DNA from: Camelus dromedarius
Lineage: Eukaryota
Reading direction: 5' to 3'
NCBI RefSeq assembly: GCF_036321535.1
Contig: NC_087447.1
Coordinates: forward strand, 43,030,001-43,094,000
Length of the DNA: 64,000 nt
Made by a program: the position numbers and the translations under genes. Within the stretch, counting starts at the first letter, position 1. Every line of letters starts with the position of its first letter. Under the pieces are notes generated by a model that was given only the letters and a program-made list of their open reading frames with translations, made no database searches and had not been told where the DNA came from. This document shows positions 1 through 12,220 of this stretch, piece after piece.

Positions 1-549
1 TACTTCTTTTTTTTCTTTTTGATGTGCTATCACTGCTTATTTCTTTTCATTTGGCCTTGTAGTTTATATATAGTCTTCTTAAAACAGTCATTTAGTTTCA
101 TTTCTGACAAGTTAAAAAAAATTATTGAGTGTTGACACATTTCTGAAATGGGGATTTTCAAATTGTTAAAATTACTACCACAGTTTACATATGTTTATAG
201 AGGTTTAGATGAACTTTGCTTTCGTATCAAGTCCGGTAGAATAGAGCTGAGAAACGTCCATTGTTAAAGCTGTGGAGTATTGAAGCAGTCTGTATGGTTT
301 AGTGATGTAAAGCACTAGAACTATCCACTTCCTTTTTCAACTCTTTGGATGCAAGGAGTCTTTAGGAACTCAGAAAAGCCAAGGTCTTCTAACAGTGGTT
401 GTTGCCTGGCTTGAAATTTTGAGTAATTATTCATTTACATATTGCTTTTCCTATTAGACTAATGCCTCAAGCATAGACCCTATGTGTTTCTGATCTTTGT
501 TTCCTTGTACCCAGAACGTCACCTGGTCACAATAGGAACTTTTGAAAGA

Positions 550-1010
550 GGCTGCTGCTACCTCTCAGTATTTATTCTCTTTTTCTTCTGTGGTAATGAG
601 GACCCTGACTTTTAGCTGGTAACATTGCTATCTAGTCCTCTTTGCTAGTTATCCCCCATCTTTGCTAGTTATCATGCTTGTCAATGAAATCTAAGTGGAC
701 TTATGAGCAATTTCTGGAAAGTGTCCTTAAATGGGGAGAGTACAGCATTCCTCATATCCATCTTCTTCCAGGTGCCTGGAATGCAGCTGTGATGGGTGGA
801 GTTTGAGTAGCCGTATTAGACCACAAAGTGGAGTTTATAAACAGGACGGCAGAGCAACAAGATGCAAGGAACCAGGGCTGTTAGTGTATAGAGCTGCTGT
901 GCCAGCCCTTGACTGCCGACCTCCAGACATTTTTATATGAGCAGGAAACAAACATCTGTCTTCTTTGAGACACTGTAAAATATGCAGTTGAACCTAGTAC
1001 CAATTAATAC
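550..1010 (+). mobile_element. MaLR solo LTR, MLT1J/K-like (ancient)
   Basis: MLT1-type motifs (cctggaatgcagctgtgatgg...ggcagagcaacaagatgcaaggaaccaggg...gactgccgacctccagac) and a 3' terminus ...ccaattaataca; subfamily recalled, boundaries approximate. Confidence 0.65.
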
Positions 1011-1129
1011 AGTACTCAGTAAATAATTGCTGAATGAGTAAATGATTCAGGAAATGAGTAAGTCTGTAGGTATCTTAGAAAATATCTGAGAATTGAAATT
1101 GGAGATGTCAAGAGACATAGGAATATTGC

Positions 1130-1910
1130 TAAGCAACATTTATCTATGAAAAAATTATTATTTTACATCTATTACTTGCTAGACGCTGTGTGTTAGGTAC
1201 CAGAGATACATGATGTGCTTATATTGCAGTAATATTGTTGAGAGATGATGGTGGCTTGGACAGGGTGGCAGCAAGAGAGTTGAATGGAAGTAAATGTGAT
1301 ATACTTTTTAGGTGTATTTGATAAGACTTGGTGGTGGATTAGATAAGGGATGAGTCAAGGATGATTTTTAGATGTTACTTTAATAACTGGTTGGATGGTG
1401 GTGCCATTTACTGAGATGTGGAAGACTGTAGGAGAATCAGTTCCCCCCCGCCCCAGGGGGAAGAGTGGTGAATCAAGGGTTCCATATTAGACATGCTAAA
1501 TTTGAGATGCCTATGTGACAGCCAGATGGAGATATCAAATAGATCATTGACTGTATGAGCCTGGAACTGGAGAGGTACGAGCTGGAGACATAAATTTGTA
1601 AATCATGAGTATATAGATGCCATGTAAAGCCATCGGGCTGAAGAGATAACTTAGGAAGAAAGTACAGATAGAAAAGTCAAGCCTCAGCACCTTGCCTTTA
1701 GACACTAAACGTTTAGAAGAGGAGAAGCTAGCAATGGAGGCTGGAAAGGAACAGCTGATGAGGAAGGAGGAAAATTAGGAGGGTGGTGCCAGGGAAGTTA
1801 AGTGAGAAAGCAAGTGCAGTAGGCTCCCAGGTAAATGCTGCCGAGGGGTCAAGATGAGAATGAGAAGTTTTCGTTAGAATGGCCCACAGAGAGGTCCATG
1901 GTGACCCTGA
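1130..1910 (-). mobile_element. LINE-2 fragment
   Basis: gagagatgatggtggcttggacagggtggcag...ggatggtggtgccatttactgagatg...tttgagatgcct matches the reverse complement of the L2 3' region. Confidence 0.75.
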
Positions 1911-3177
1911 AGACCCAGATACGTTTAGATACCATCAATTTATAGTGATATCACTCTTTTAAAAAATTCTCTGATTTTCCTTTGTTGATTTCTAATCATT
2001 TTTTTGAATATTTTTTTTTCTTTAAGGGCTAAAAAAATCGTCTTCACATAGAAATGGGTTATATTTGCCCTCTTCTGTGAATGTGTTGAACTCTCAAATG
2101 ATTCTGTGCAATAAGTATTTCTGGCCTAAAGTAATTGTGCAAGTAAGTTAGCAGCTAGATCATTGCAAAACTACTGAGAAGATTTGTAGTACAGCAAAAT
2201 AAAAAACTGTAAAACAGATGGTGTGCCTTAGAAATCTATCTCTTTTCAGCATCACACAACATTCGGGTTTGGCCATTTAATTATTTGTTTTCTAATTAGT
2301 ACAACTTTATTTCAGGCTTTGGTCATTTTTCCAGAAGTCTCCATTTTTGAGCCTCTGTAACATTTGTCTCTATGTAGTCTTTGCCAAATGGATAGAGAAG
2401 TGACAGATAGCGTGTACTATATCGGACTACCCTAAGGAGTTCAGTATATGAAGTTTAGAATACTGGCATTTTGTAAACTTCTGAAAGGCAAAAACTCTTT
2501 TCTTCTTAACTGCTTGAAGTCTTACTTCCTATAATGCATGTCCTCTGTTTGAGAAAGTCTGAAGAGAACACATTAGTTCTCTCAGTGCCTTACTGCTGTA
2601 TAACCAGAGCTTGTCTTCCAATACCTAACACATGGTCACAGGTTTTTCAAAGAGCTTTATTGGATACAAAGTTTCTATGGTTTAGCCTGTATATGGTCCA
2701 TTTTGAAATACGGTACCTATCTGAAAAGTATTCTAAGAAATATAGTCATTGTTTCTCTATGTACACTTAAGTGGATCTTAATATAAACAGATAGGGTCAT
2801 CTTGATTTCAAAAGTCAAAGATCAGATGCGGGGAGAAACAGCCAATAAGTGACTTCCCTACAAAGGGAGAGTTTGATGGTGACTCCCATTGGCAGGAGTG
2901 TGCCTGTTATCCTCTTTATCTTTTTCTTCCTTTTTGCCCTCTTTATTCTCAGCAGTGCTTCAGGAGTTTATCCCTTCTTATTTGATAGTTACAATTGCCC
3001 CTTGGTATTCTTTCAAGTCCCCTGGTAACAACTAAGACCAAGAACTTGCATTTTTAACAAGCTTCATCATTATTTTTAATACCTACTTATATTTAAGAAT
3101 CCTGCTGGAAATTAAGGAAACATTTTTCTTCTATAGCTTGTCAAAAAGCAGTTTCTAGATTTGAGCTTATTTGGTAT

Positions 3178-3420
3178 TATTCAGTCATTCCTTTAACAGA
3201 TTTTTTTTTTTTGGTGCCTACTATGCACCAGGCACTGTGCTAGGTAATAAAATATAAAGACATATAGGACCTAATCTCTGACACGAGGAACTTACATTGT
3301 AGTAAGGGAAACAAGTTATGTATAAGATACAATGCAGGGAAGAAAATGATAAATGACATAAGAAATCGCCAAATGACCAGAGAGGTACCAAGGTAAGCAA
3401 GTGTGAAATCAGGAGCACTG
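3178..3420 (-). mobile_element. LINE-2 3' end
   Basis: attcagtcattc...gtgcctactatgcaccaggcactgtgctagg, a typical reversed L2 tail. Confidence 0.7.
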
Positions 3421-3429
3421 AAAAAAACT

Positions 3430-4690
3430 TAAGGGTAAAGATAAACCATAATCATAGGTCAGGAGATTTAATATCATAAAAATTAATTTCCTCATACAAT
3501 GCAGTGCAAATCCAATAAAAATTCCACAAGCTTTGTTGACCCTAAAATTTGTATGGAAGTGCAAAGAGTCAAAAATAGCCGAGACATTTCTGAATGTTTT
3601 GCTCTATCAGATATTAAGACTTATGAAGCTATATTAGATAGCACAGTGTGATAATGGTGCAGTAATTGACCAGTAGACTAAAGCAGAGGGTGCAGAAGCA
3701 TATCCATGCATATCTGGAACTTTTACGACAGTGTAGAATGGCAGATCAGAGGGAAAATGGGAGACTATTCAATAAATGGAGCTGAAATAAATGGTTTTCC
3801 ATATGAAAAAAAGGAAATTGGGTTCCGATCTCACACCATAGAGAAAAGTCAACTGCAAATGAACCACAGACTTAAATATTAAAAATTTATATTTAACTTT
3901 TAGTGAAAAATATAGGTTAAAATCTTTTGGACCTTGGAGTGTGAAGAAAAGGATTTTATAAGCAAGACACCAAAGGCACTAACATGAAGGAAATGATGGA
4001 TAAACTTGACATATGTTAATCTTCAGAACTTCTGTTCATAAAACAATACCTTAGGGAAAATTGATAGGTTATAAACTAGGAGAAGGCTTTTGTAACCCAA
4101 ATACTCAGCAAAGGATTAATACCAAGAAATCACAATAATTCTTACAAATCAATACAGAGAGGACAAACAACCTAGTAGGAAATGGACAACAGACAGGACC
4201 AGACATTTGTTTTTACAAAAGAGGACCCACATTTGGCTGATGAACGTATAACAAGATAGTCAGTTGCATTAGTGATCAGGGAAATAAAAATTAAGACCTC
4301 AGTGAGAACCAATAAGTCAGAAGTCTGACAATACCAGGTGTTGGAAAAGATGCAGATAAAGAGTATCTTTTAATCACTGCTGGTGAAAGTATTGATCAGT
4401 ACAACTACTTTGGAAAAAGGGTCTGACATTATTAAATTAATCATTCACATACTCTATAAGCAAGAAATTTCCTTCTAAGAATATACCCAAGAGAACTCTT
4501 GCAAATGAATATACACTTGGAGACATACACAATAATGTTTGTAGAAGCATATACAGGAGCAAAAACCCAGAGTTAACCCAAATGCCCTTTGACTAGAGAA
4601 TAAATAAACTGTGGTGTAGTCTAACAGTAGAATATTGTACAGCCACGAAAATGATTAAACTACATGTAATAGTATCTAAGAAGCTATGAA
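3430..4690 (+). mobile_element. Old LINE-1 (L1M) ORF2 3' part / 3' UTR, degenerate
   Basis: ctaaaatttgtatggaagtgcaaagagtcaaaaatagcc, tattcaataaatgg, cagtacaactactttggaaaa and acccaaatgccc...aaataaactgtggt are L1 ORF2 hallmarks; many stop codons. Confidence 0.8.
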
Positions 4691-4699
4691 AAATTTTAA

Positions 4700-5220
4700 A
4701 TTAATTATAGTTTTAAGATATAATTTACTTACTGTAAAATACACAGATTTTAAGTGTATAGCCTGATGAATTTTTATTTATGTGTACATTTGTATAACTA
4801 CTACCCAGAACAAAATGCAGAACATTTTCACCCCTGCACCGAAAAGTTCCCTTTTACAAAGTTCACTTTGTACCACTCAGTAGCCAGCAATGTTTGAGAG
4901 TTCTAGTTTTCTAGTTTTGCTCCTCATCCTCTCCAGTGCTTGTTATTGTCAATATTTTAAATTTAGATACTCTGATAGATATTCAGTGGTGTCTTGTGGT
5001 TTTAATCTGCATTTCCTGAGTGACAGATGAAGGTGGTCACCTTTACTTTATTTATGCTTACTGGCCTTTTGTATATCTTCTTTTATGAAAAATCTGTTCC
5101 CAGTCTCTCCCCAATTCTTCTATTTGGTTTTTAAATTTATTGATTTGTAGAAGTTCACTATATATTCAGGATATGAACCTTTTGTCACACACACACAAAT
5201 AAATATATGTACAGTAACAA
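4700..5220 (-). mobile_element. Old LINE-1 fragments (3' end and ORF2), antisense
   Basis: gtggttttaatctgcatttcctgagtgac...tttatgcttactggccttttgtatatcttcttttatgaaa, reversed L1M ORF2 end. Confidence 0.7.
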
Positions 5221-5445
5221 GCATTGTAAGAAGCTGACTTAAGAAAAAGAACATGGAAAGAATTACTGCAAATCCTTGCTCAAGCAGGTGACTTTTGAAA
5301 AAGAATAGATCATTGGGAATTGGGGGTCTTGAAATTGATTCCCTGCAAACTCTCGCTGCCCACACATCCCTTAGGAAGTCTTCGTGTACTGGCAGGTATG
5401 CACATACCCCAGTTTGAGGAATGTTGTTTTGGAGTATTTTGAGCT

Positions 5446-5670
5446 TGTTTTTATTTTTCTAGCTTTATTGAGATATAATTGACACATAACATTGTATAAA
5501 TTTAAGGTGTGCAACATAATGATTTAATATATGTATATACTGTGAAATGATTACCACAGTAAGTTTAATTAATACATCCACCACCTCACATAGTTAATTT
5601 TTTTTTCTTGTGGTGAGAACTTTAAAGATCTACTCTCTTCACAGCTTTCAAATATACATTACAGCATTGA
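5446..5670 (-). mobile_element. LINE-1 3' end (L1MA9/10-like)
   Basis: tttattgagatataattgacacataacattgtataaatttaaggtgtgcaacataatgattt...gtgaaatgattaccacagtaag...gtggtgagaactttaaagatctactctc. Confidence 0.8.
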
Positions 5671-6089
5671 AGGCTCAGCAACACCTCTAGCTAGAAATTC
5701 TTGGCAGACAATTGGAAATGCATTTATGGAATGAGGGTAAATTACTAAATTTCTTAGACTGTTTCCTCTTAAAGAATAGGAATATCAACACCAACCTTGT
5801 CTACTCTCATTATTTGCTATACTTGTGGGAAAAAAATCACTGAGGAAAAGTTTTAAAGTTGCACATGGTCATTATTACCTTTCTATGCTGCAGGCTTTGA
5901 CTCATTGAGACCCATCAGGGCATGTTTGGTGATTTTATTGGGTGCTGTCAGTCCTTTGTGGGTATCTGCAACTTTATATTATTCCTTTTGCATATAATTT
6001 ATTTTATTAGTCATATAATAACTGTGATTACCTCTGGTAAATGATTTAAATGAGAAAATAGGAAGAATATCTTTCTTCCTCTATTCCTT

Positions 6090-6690
6090 CATTCCCTCTT
6101 ACTGAAGATAACCATTGTTAAATCTCTAATGTATTCTTTCAGATGCATTCCGTACATGTTTTATGTGTCTACTTTTCACAAATGGATTTATATTATACAA
6201 GCTATTTTTTTTGTCTAATATATTTTGGGAAGATTTTCTTTATTTTTTTAAAAACAGCATTGTATCCAAAACTATGGATACACTATTATTTTGTCCCTAT
6301 GAATATGAAATACTAAAATTGTTTCAGATCTTTTCTATTACAAACAGTGATGCAACAAATGTTCTTGTAAATATATGTTTGCCTACTGTGTCAGCATATC
6401 TATAGGATATATTCTTAAAAGTTGAATTACTAGTCTGTGAGAATGTGCATTACACATTTTTATAGTTTATTGCTAATTTATCTTCCTATAAAAAGCAAGT
6501 AAATGAGAAAGCCTGTTTTCCCACACTCTCACCAACACAGAATATTATCAAACTTAAATTTATGTCCATCTGTTAAGTGATAATTGGCAACTCATTGTTT
6601 TGATTTGGATTTTATTAATTTCATGAAGTTGAGCATCCTTTTATATTTTTTTATAAAGTGGCTATTCCATTTTCCTATTGAAAAAATTTT
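6090..6690 (-). mobile_element. Old LINE-1 (L1ME-like) fragment
   Basis: tattacaaacagtgatgcaacaaatgttcttgta...gcctgttttcccacactctcaccaacac...ctcattgttttgatttggatttt. Confidence 0.65.
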
Positions 6691-6783
6691 ATGCCTGAGC
6701 ACATTACAAAATAAAGAGTTCTAGCTGTTTACAAAAAGTAGAAAATGATGACTATTAGCTGAAGATTCAGAATGTTTCCTTTT

Positions 6784-6938
6784 TTTTTTTCTCTCTCTCT
6801 CTCTTTTGGTGGTGAGAGGGATATAATTAGGTTTATTTATTTATTTACTTATTTTTACAGGAGGTACTGGGGATTGGACCCAGGACCTTGTGCATGCTAA
6901 GCGTGCACTCTACCACCTGAGCCATATCCCTAACCCCT
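6784..6938 (-). mobile_element. tRNA-derived SINE, camelid Vic-1 type, with 15-bp TSD
   Basis: Reverse strand reads ...ggatatggctcaggtggtagagtgcacgcttagcatgcacaaggtcctgggtccaatccccagtacctcc...aaataaataaacctaatta (A/B boxes plus AT-rich tail); TSD AGAATGTTTCCTTTT at 6769-6783 and 6939-6953. Confidence 0.9.
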
Positions 6939-7933
6939 AGAATGTTTCCTTTTAAGCTTTGCTGATTTTTACCTTTCATACCATCTCACCCCAACTCATA
7001 CATGTCATTCATTCATTAAAAAATACTTATTAAATACTACTGTTTACAAAATACTGATAGGCACTGTCTGTGAAAAAGCAAATTTTGTTAGATGAAGATG
7101 TATGTTTAGGTTTCTCTTTGTAGGAAATGCCTACTGAGGTATTAAATCGAAATCTTAGTATTTGACCAGTGCTTCTCCTCTATGAGTGTTCATTTTTCCA
7201 GTTTTTCAAAATGAAATAGTCTCAAACTATCTGTTAGTTAAACAAATGGAAATTTATTACCCAAAAGGTTGGTTTTCTACTTATGATAGCTCAGATTATC
7301 AGCCTGTTACTGCTGCCCTCTTGCCCTTGCTGCTTCATGGTTGATGAGTTCAGGGTCTGCCCTCTAAATACAGCAAGTAAAGGGAGGTCTGAGGTTAGTG
7401 TTTGGTTGGTGAGGTGACACAATCTCCAGCATCTGCCCCAACAATTCCACCCATTTTTGTTGGTTGGTTGATTCATTTGTAATTTTTGTTGAGCCTAGAA
7501 GGCTCATGACACACAGCCCTGGACCACTTATTCATTGTTCAGTCCAAGTATTTGATGCAATTCCTCCTCCAGTTGCTAGCAAGCAAGAAGGGGTAACCTA
7601 GTAAGTTACTGGCTGGACTTTATTAACTGGAAAGAAAGTCTGGAATCAATACCACCATTTGTGCCCTGTTTGATGGGAATATAACACAGGGAATATAGGA
7701 AGCAAATAATTAAAAGTTTCTAAATAGTGGAGTGTTTTTGAGGGGTTAATGCTCCCATTCGAGATGTGTTGTTCTTCTCCACAGTCTCTTTGGAGTAAGA
7801 AGTAGGGTCATTTCTTTGAGTACAGAGGCACCTTACTTTAGACATGTAGCGTGTCAGTCACCAAGCTCTCTGGTGTATATATACATGAACCAAGCATTTG
7901 AAAGATTGCTAGAAATGCAGATTCAGGATAATA

Positions 7934-8929
7934 CAGATAATCCTTGCTTTCCATGGTAGTGCAGGACCATAAAAATAATGCAGGTTGAAGCTGTGCAAAG
8001 TGATTTTAATAATCCATGGGAAAAATTATGATTGTTTCATGTCCTTTAAAATTTTTTGTTAAGCACTAAAAACTCTCTAACTTTTGGTTATAAATATATA
8101 TAGGGAATGAAACAAAAGTAAAATTAATTTTTTAATGTACTGTAATTTAAAAATTAGAAATATTGGGAATTAAAATGTCACGTTTTGTTTAAAAACTTGC
8201 TGAGATTAGTTTAAACAGTGTTTACCTTCTTATGGTACAGTGGAGAGCATCAGTTTTATGCTTGGCAAATTGTCACTGTCCTACAAGTTTGGATCAACTT
8301 CCAACATTGTGTCCTTTGTCTTCTCAGCATCATGAAATATCTCTGAAAATACTTTAAATGTCAAGTTTCTTGTGGGTGTCATCTTCTCTGGTGCATCTTC
8401 TTCCTTTCTCATATGTGTTGATAAGTTTGTCTTCACTAAGTTGTGGTTTTGCGTCACTGGTTTTGCATCTGGATCCTGTCACAGTGGCAGTGTCAACATT
8501 CCCATAGTCTGATATTTCTTCTATTACTCCATTTACATATGATTCAAATTTTACTTCCAGTATTATCACTTTTAATTTCTTTGTTGCACGTTCATCTTTG
8601 TGGGCAAATTCCCTGGGAGACAAGGAGGCAACACAGCTGCACACTTTGCTGTCTTATGTGTGAACTGAATAGTATATGGATGGTGTCCAGTCACCAGTAG
8701 ACTGTGAAAGAAGTGACGTGATTGGTCACTGATCGGATGCAAATCTGTAAATTACATGGTGTTTGTGAATTGATGAGCTCACAGTGAAGTTTGAACTTTA
8801 TGCAATTATAGTTAATATACCACGGTGGCTAAAATTTGAACCATGTTGCCGAGGGACTGATGTCATTTAACTAAGTCATGAGGACTGAAATTCACATATA
8901 TCAGGACTGTGCAAAGCAAAGACTGCCTA
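7934..8929 (-). mobile_element. TcMar-Tigger DNA transposon (Tigger6a-like), internally deleted, both TIRs present
   Basis: TA at 7932-7933, then TIR cagataatccttgctttcca...; opposite end ...tgtgcaaagcaaagactgcct; transposase-like remnant in ORF 8354..8644(-); homologous to the copy at 45589-46645. Confidence 0.8.
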
Positions 8930-9074
8930 AATAAATTGGCTATCACAGAATGCTGATTCCATATAATTTCTGTAGTATCACAATTTTGTTGGGTATACTG
9001 AATGTATAGTGGGCTCACTCTTTATAAGCCTTTTTGGAGATGGCTTATAGAATGTAAATGTTTAATCTGCTGTC

Positions 9075-9445
9075 TGTGTCAGGACAGGCTAGATTATGCT
9101 GTGGTAAAAAATGACCCCCAAACTCAGTGTTCTTGATGCCTTCCATTGCACATTGGTTGGGAGGAGGGGAGCAAGTTCTATTTAACTTGGTCCTCATTCA
9201 GGGACCCAGGCTGAGGGAGGCTCCATCTGTAAACTTATATAGTTACTAAGGCAGGAATTGGGAATGTGGTAAATTGCATGTATCTCATAAAGTTTCCACC
9301 CAGAAGTGATACATACCATTTCAAATCACATTTCACTGGTCAAAACAAGTCATTCAGTCATGTCCCAAAAGAGGTGGAGAAGCAGAATTCTACCATGTGT
9401 CTAGAAGCAAGAAATGTTGGGTGAGGAGCATTAGTGACTCCTGCA
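9075..9445 (-). mobile_element. MaLR solo LTR, MLT1K/L-like
   Basis: tgtgtcaggacaggctagattatgctgtggtaa...ctcattcagggacccaggctga...cacatttcactggtcaaaacaagtca. Confidence 0.65.
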
Positions 9446-11021
9446 GCTACAAAGAGTTAACTTGTGGAGAGTTTCGCAGGAGAGGGCAGTTGAGGGTTGG
9501 ATTACAGACATAGATGTGTCAGACTGTCTCTGTCTGCTAGTATAAGAATCAAGTTGAGGCAAAACTGTGTGTACTATCATTCCAGAAGCCTGGCCACTGT
9601 GATTAGGTTCAAGGTCAAGAGGCAGCCAGGGAGTTGTCATAGAGGCTGGATGAATCACTGGGATCAAGCAGGGCTGTTGACGGAGCCCTGGAGCTCAGAA
9701 CTCATTCAGATGAGAGCTCTGAGACTGTCCACTGTTCTAAACAATTTCAACTCCCTTTTGGTCTCTGAACCTTCATCTGTGCATCATTTGAGATTAAGTT
9801 GACAACATCTTTGGAAGTTCTGGGCTACTTGACGGAGATGACTCTTAACTTGAGCCCTGAAGGAAATGTACGCTATGAGTTGGCAGAAGGCATGGTAAGG
9901 GCATTCTGTGAGTAAATGGGTAGAGGTTGCATAAGTACCACCAGGAGTAGGATGCTATAAAAGTGGTAAGAATATAGACCTTCTTAAAGCAGGATAAAAT
10001 AGAAGAACCATAGGGAATTAATATCATAATGATCCTCATTTAGTTATTACTAATCCATACTTAATGTGTATCCATGTCTTTAATCACTAATATATTAAAG
10101 CCTACAAACCCTCAACAGTGTACTCAGACGGCGGCCCTTAAATTGCCCTGTCTCATAGTATTCTGTATTACTGGTCCTTAATGCTTTGATCTACCTACAT
10201 ATGAAATTAATTAGAATCACTCCATAGCTGTACCCACACCTAAACTTCCCATTTTAATGTAAATGTGATCCAAACTTCTTGTCCAAACTTACTCTACTAT
10301 TCTGAGTTAGGAGCAAAAATATTTAAGGCATACCTCATCTAGCAGGAGCCATTTGAGACCACATTCATGCATTTCTTGACATTAGATGGAATATTACATT
10401 TGAGAAAAATATAATTAATATAAAATGGTCAATTTTGGTGTGGTGTATTCACATCTGAGATAAAAATAGTGCACGGAATCAGTTATAATCAAATGACCAC
10501 ATTATATCTAAATTTTCCAGTCAACTAAGCTTTCAAGTCCAACATCTATATTCTTGGATGCATAACACTTGACTAATCAACTGAATCTGGGTTTTTACCT
10601 AGACATTTTGATGTTATATAGGGTTACCCTTAGCATTGGACCCACTAGACTTGGGGCAACTTCTTTCATCCTTTCAGCTTCCCTATTAATTTTCTAAGAA
10701 CTGCGCTGTAAGGGGGTCTTTGGATTCCAGGGAGTTGCCCTATCTGGTGTTCTTTCCCACAACATGCCGCACTGTTTTTTCAAACCTGAATATTCTGCCA
10801 CCCCTAAATTTTGACATATTGAAGTGTATTAGTGAAGAGGTCTGAGCCATGTCAGTACAGGGAGTCTGCTCAAAAGGACATCAGAAGTTTTGCTATTTAT
10901 TCAGCATTACAATCTTTCTGTGTGACTGACTGAATTTGGGAGACTATATTACTAAAAGATGTAAGAGTCTTTTCAATTTTCTAAACTGTTTATAACACCA
11001 AAAATTCATTGTGAACAATAG

Positions 11022-11219
11022 GGCAATACACTTTCTTCGGCGAGACCAACCAATGTGTTAGAAATGATGAAAGAATGGAAAAATAACCCAGAAAGTGATG
11101 AGGAAGGTGCAGCAGACCAAAAGAACAACTGGTCTATACAAGAAAAGCTGAAAGATTTCCAGCCCAGTAGAAATGTCCATGATGTCAGGAACTCTTCAGA
11201 TGAAGAAGAGGAAAAACAG
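11022..11219 (+). CDS. STK33: STK33 serine/threonine kinase 33, penultimate coding exon (66 codons, phase 0/0)
   Basis: aatAG|GGC...CAG|GTAGGA splice sites; translates GNTLSSARPTNVLEMMKEWKNNPESDEEGAADQKNNWSIQEKLKDFQPSRNVHDVRNSSDEEEEKQ, matching the recalled human STK33 segment GNKLSSVRPTNVLEMMKEWKNNPES...TSDEEEEKQ of the same length. Confidence 0.95.
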
Positions 11220-11398
11220 GTAGGAAGAACCAGCAAAACAATTGTTTTGATTGTTTCATTTCCTCAAACTGTAAAATGCCCTCACAACACTTGGAACATT
11301 TCTTTCTTTTTTTTTTTTGCAACTCTGTCTTTTTTGGTGTTGGTTTGTAATGGTTTATAACAACGGACCTACATGATAAAAAAAAAGTAAAGTTCTTT

Positions 11399-11758
11399 GT
11401 TTACAAACCAGAAATAGACTCACAGACATGGAAAACAAACTTATGTTTACCAAAAGGGAGAGTGAGGGAGGGATAAATTTGGAATTTGGGATTAATAGAT
11501 ACATAACACTGTATATAAAAATAAATAAACAACAAGGACTTACTGTATAGCACAGGGAACTATATTCAGTATATTATAGTAACCTCTAATGGAAAAGAAT
11601 CTGATCTTGTGGTAGCCCACAGCAAAAAAATTGTGACAATGAATATATGTATGTTCATGTATAACTGAAAAATTGTGCTCTACACTGGAATTTGACACAA
11701 CATTGTAAAATGACTATAACTCAATAAAAAAAGAATACACATGTGTGTGTATATATAT

Positions 11759-11805
<47 letters not shown>

Positions 11806-11925
11806 ATCACTTTGGTGTACACTTGAAACATTGTGAATCAACTATACTTCAATAAAAAAATTAAAAATTAAAAAAACAAATTGCACAAACATGAAAACCA
11901 CAAATATAGAAATTTTAAAAAAAAG
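11399..11925 (+). mobile_element. 5'-truncated LINE-1 3' end (artiodactyl type) with 15-bp TSD and a nested L1 tail
   Basis: ttacaaaccagaaatagactcacagacatggaaaacaaacttatg...gtatagcacagggaactatattc...actgaatcacttt...aactatacttcaataaa; TSD AAAGTAAAGTTCTTT at 11384-11398 and 11926-11940. Confidence 0.88.
11604..11732 (+). mobile_element. Short, probably younger camelid-type L1 3' tail inserted in the L1 above
   Basis: atcttgtggtagcccacagc...gtataactgaaaaattgtgctctacactggaatttgacacaacattgtaaaatgactataactcAATAAAaaaa interrupts the host L1 between gaatctg and aagaatac. Confidence 0.7.
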
Positions 11926-12021
11926 AAAGTAAAGTTCTTTCCTTCCTTGAAACTATCATGGTTTAGCGATGTGGCCTACATGCATATTTTAAGATCCGTG
12001 ATTATATATATATGTACAGGG

Positions 12022-12220
12022 CAAGGGTCTGCAAACTTTTCCTGTAAAGGAACAGATAGTAAATATTTTAGGCTTTGTGGGCCGTAATAGGCTATGTCAC
12101 AACTTCTCAACTCTGATGTTATAGCATAAAAATAGGCACAGACAACAAATGAATGAGCATGGCCATGTTCCAACAAAACTACTTACAAAAAACAAGTGGT
12201 TTGCCAGATTTGGCCCATGG
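12022..12220 (+). mobile_element. hAT-Charlie MITE, MER58A-like
   Basis: caagggtctgcaaacttttcctgtaaaggaacagatagtaaatattttaggctttgtgggcc...gccatgttccaacaaaact...gccagatttggcccatgg. Confidence 0.8.

Noticed and set aside
1..11021. Search for upstream STK33 kinase-domain exons (...VDPAHRITAKELLDNQWLT)
   Set aside because: No matching coding sequence was found. This stretch appears to be intron, and the preceding exon lies outside the window.
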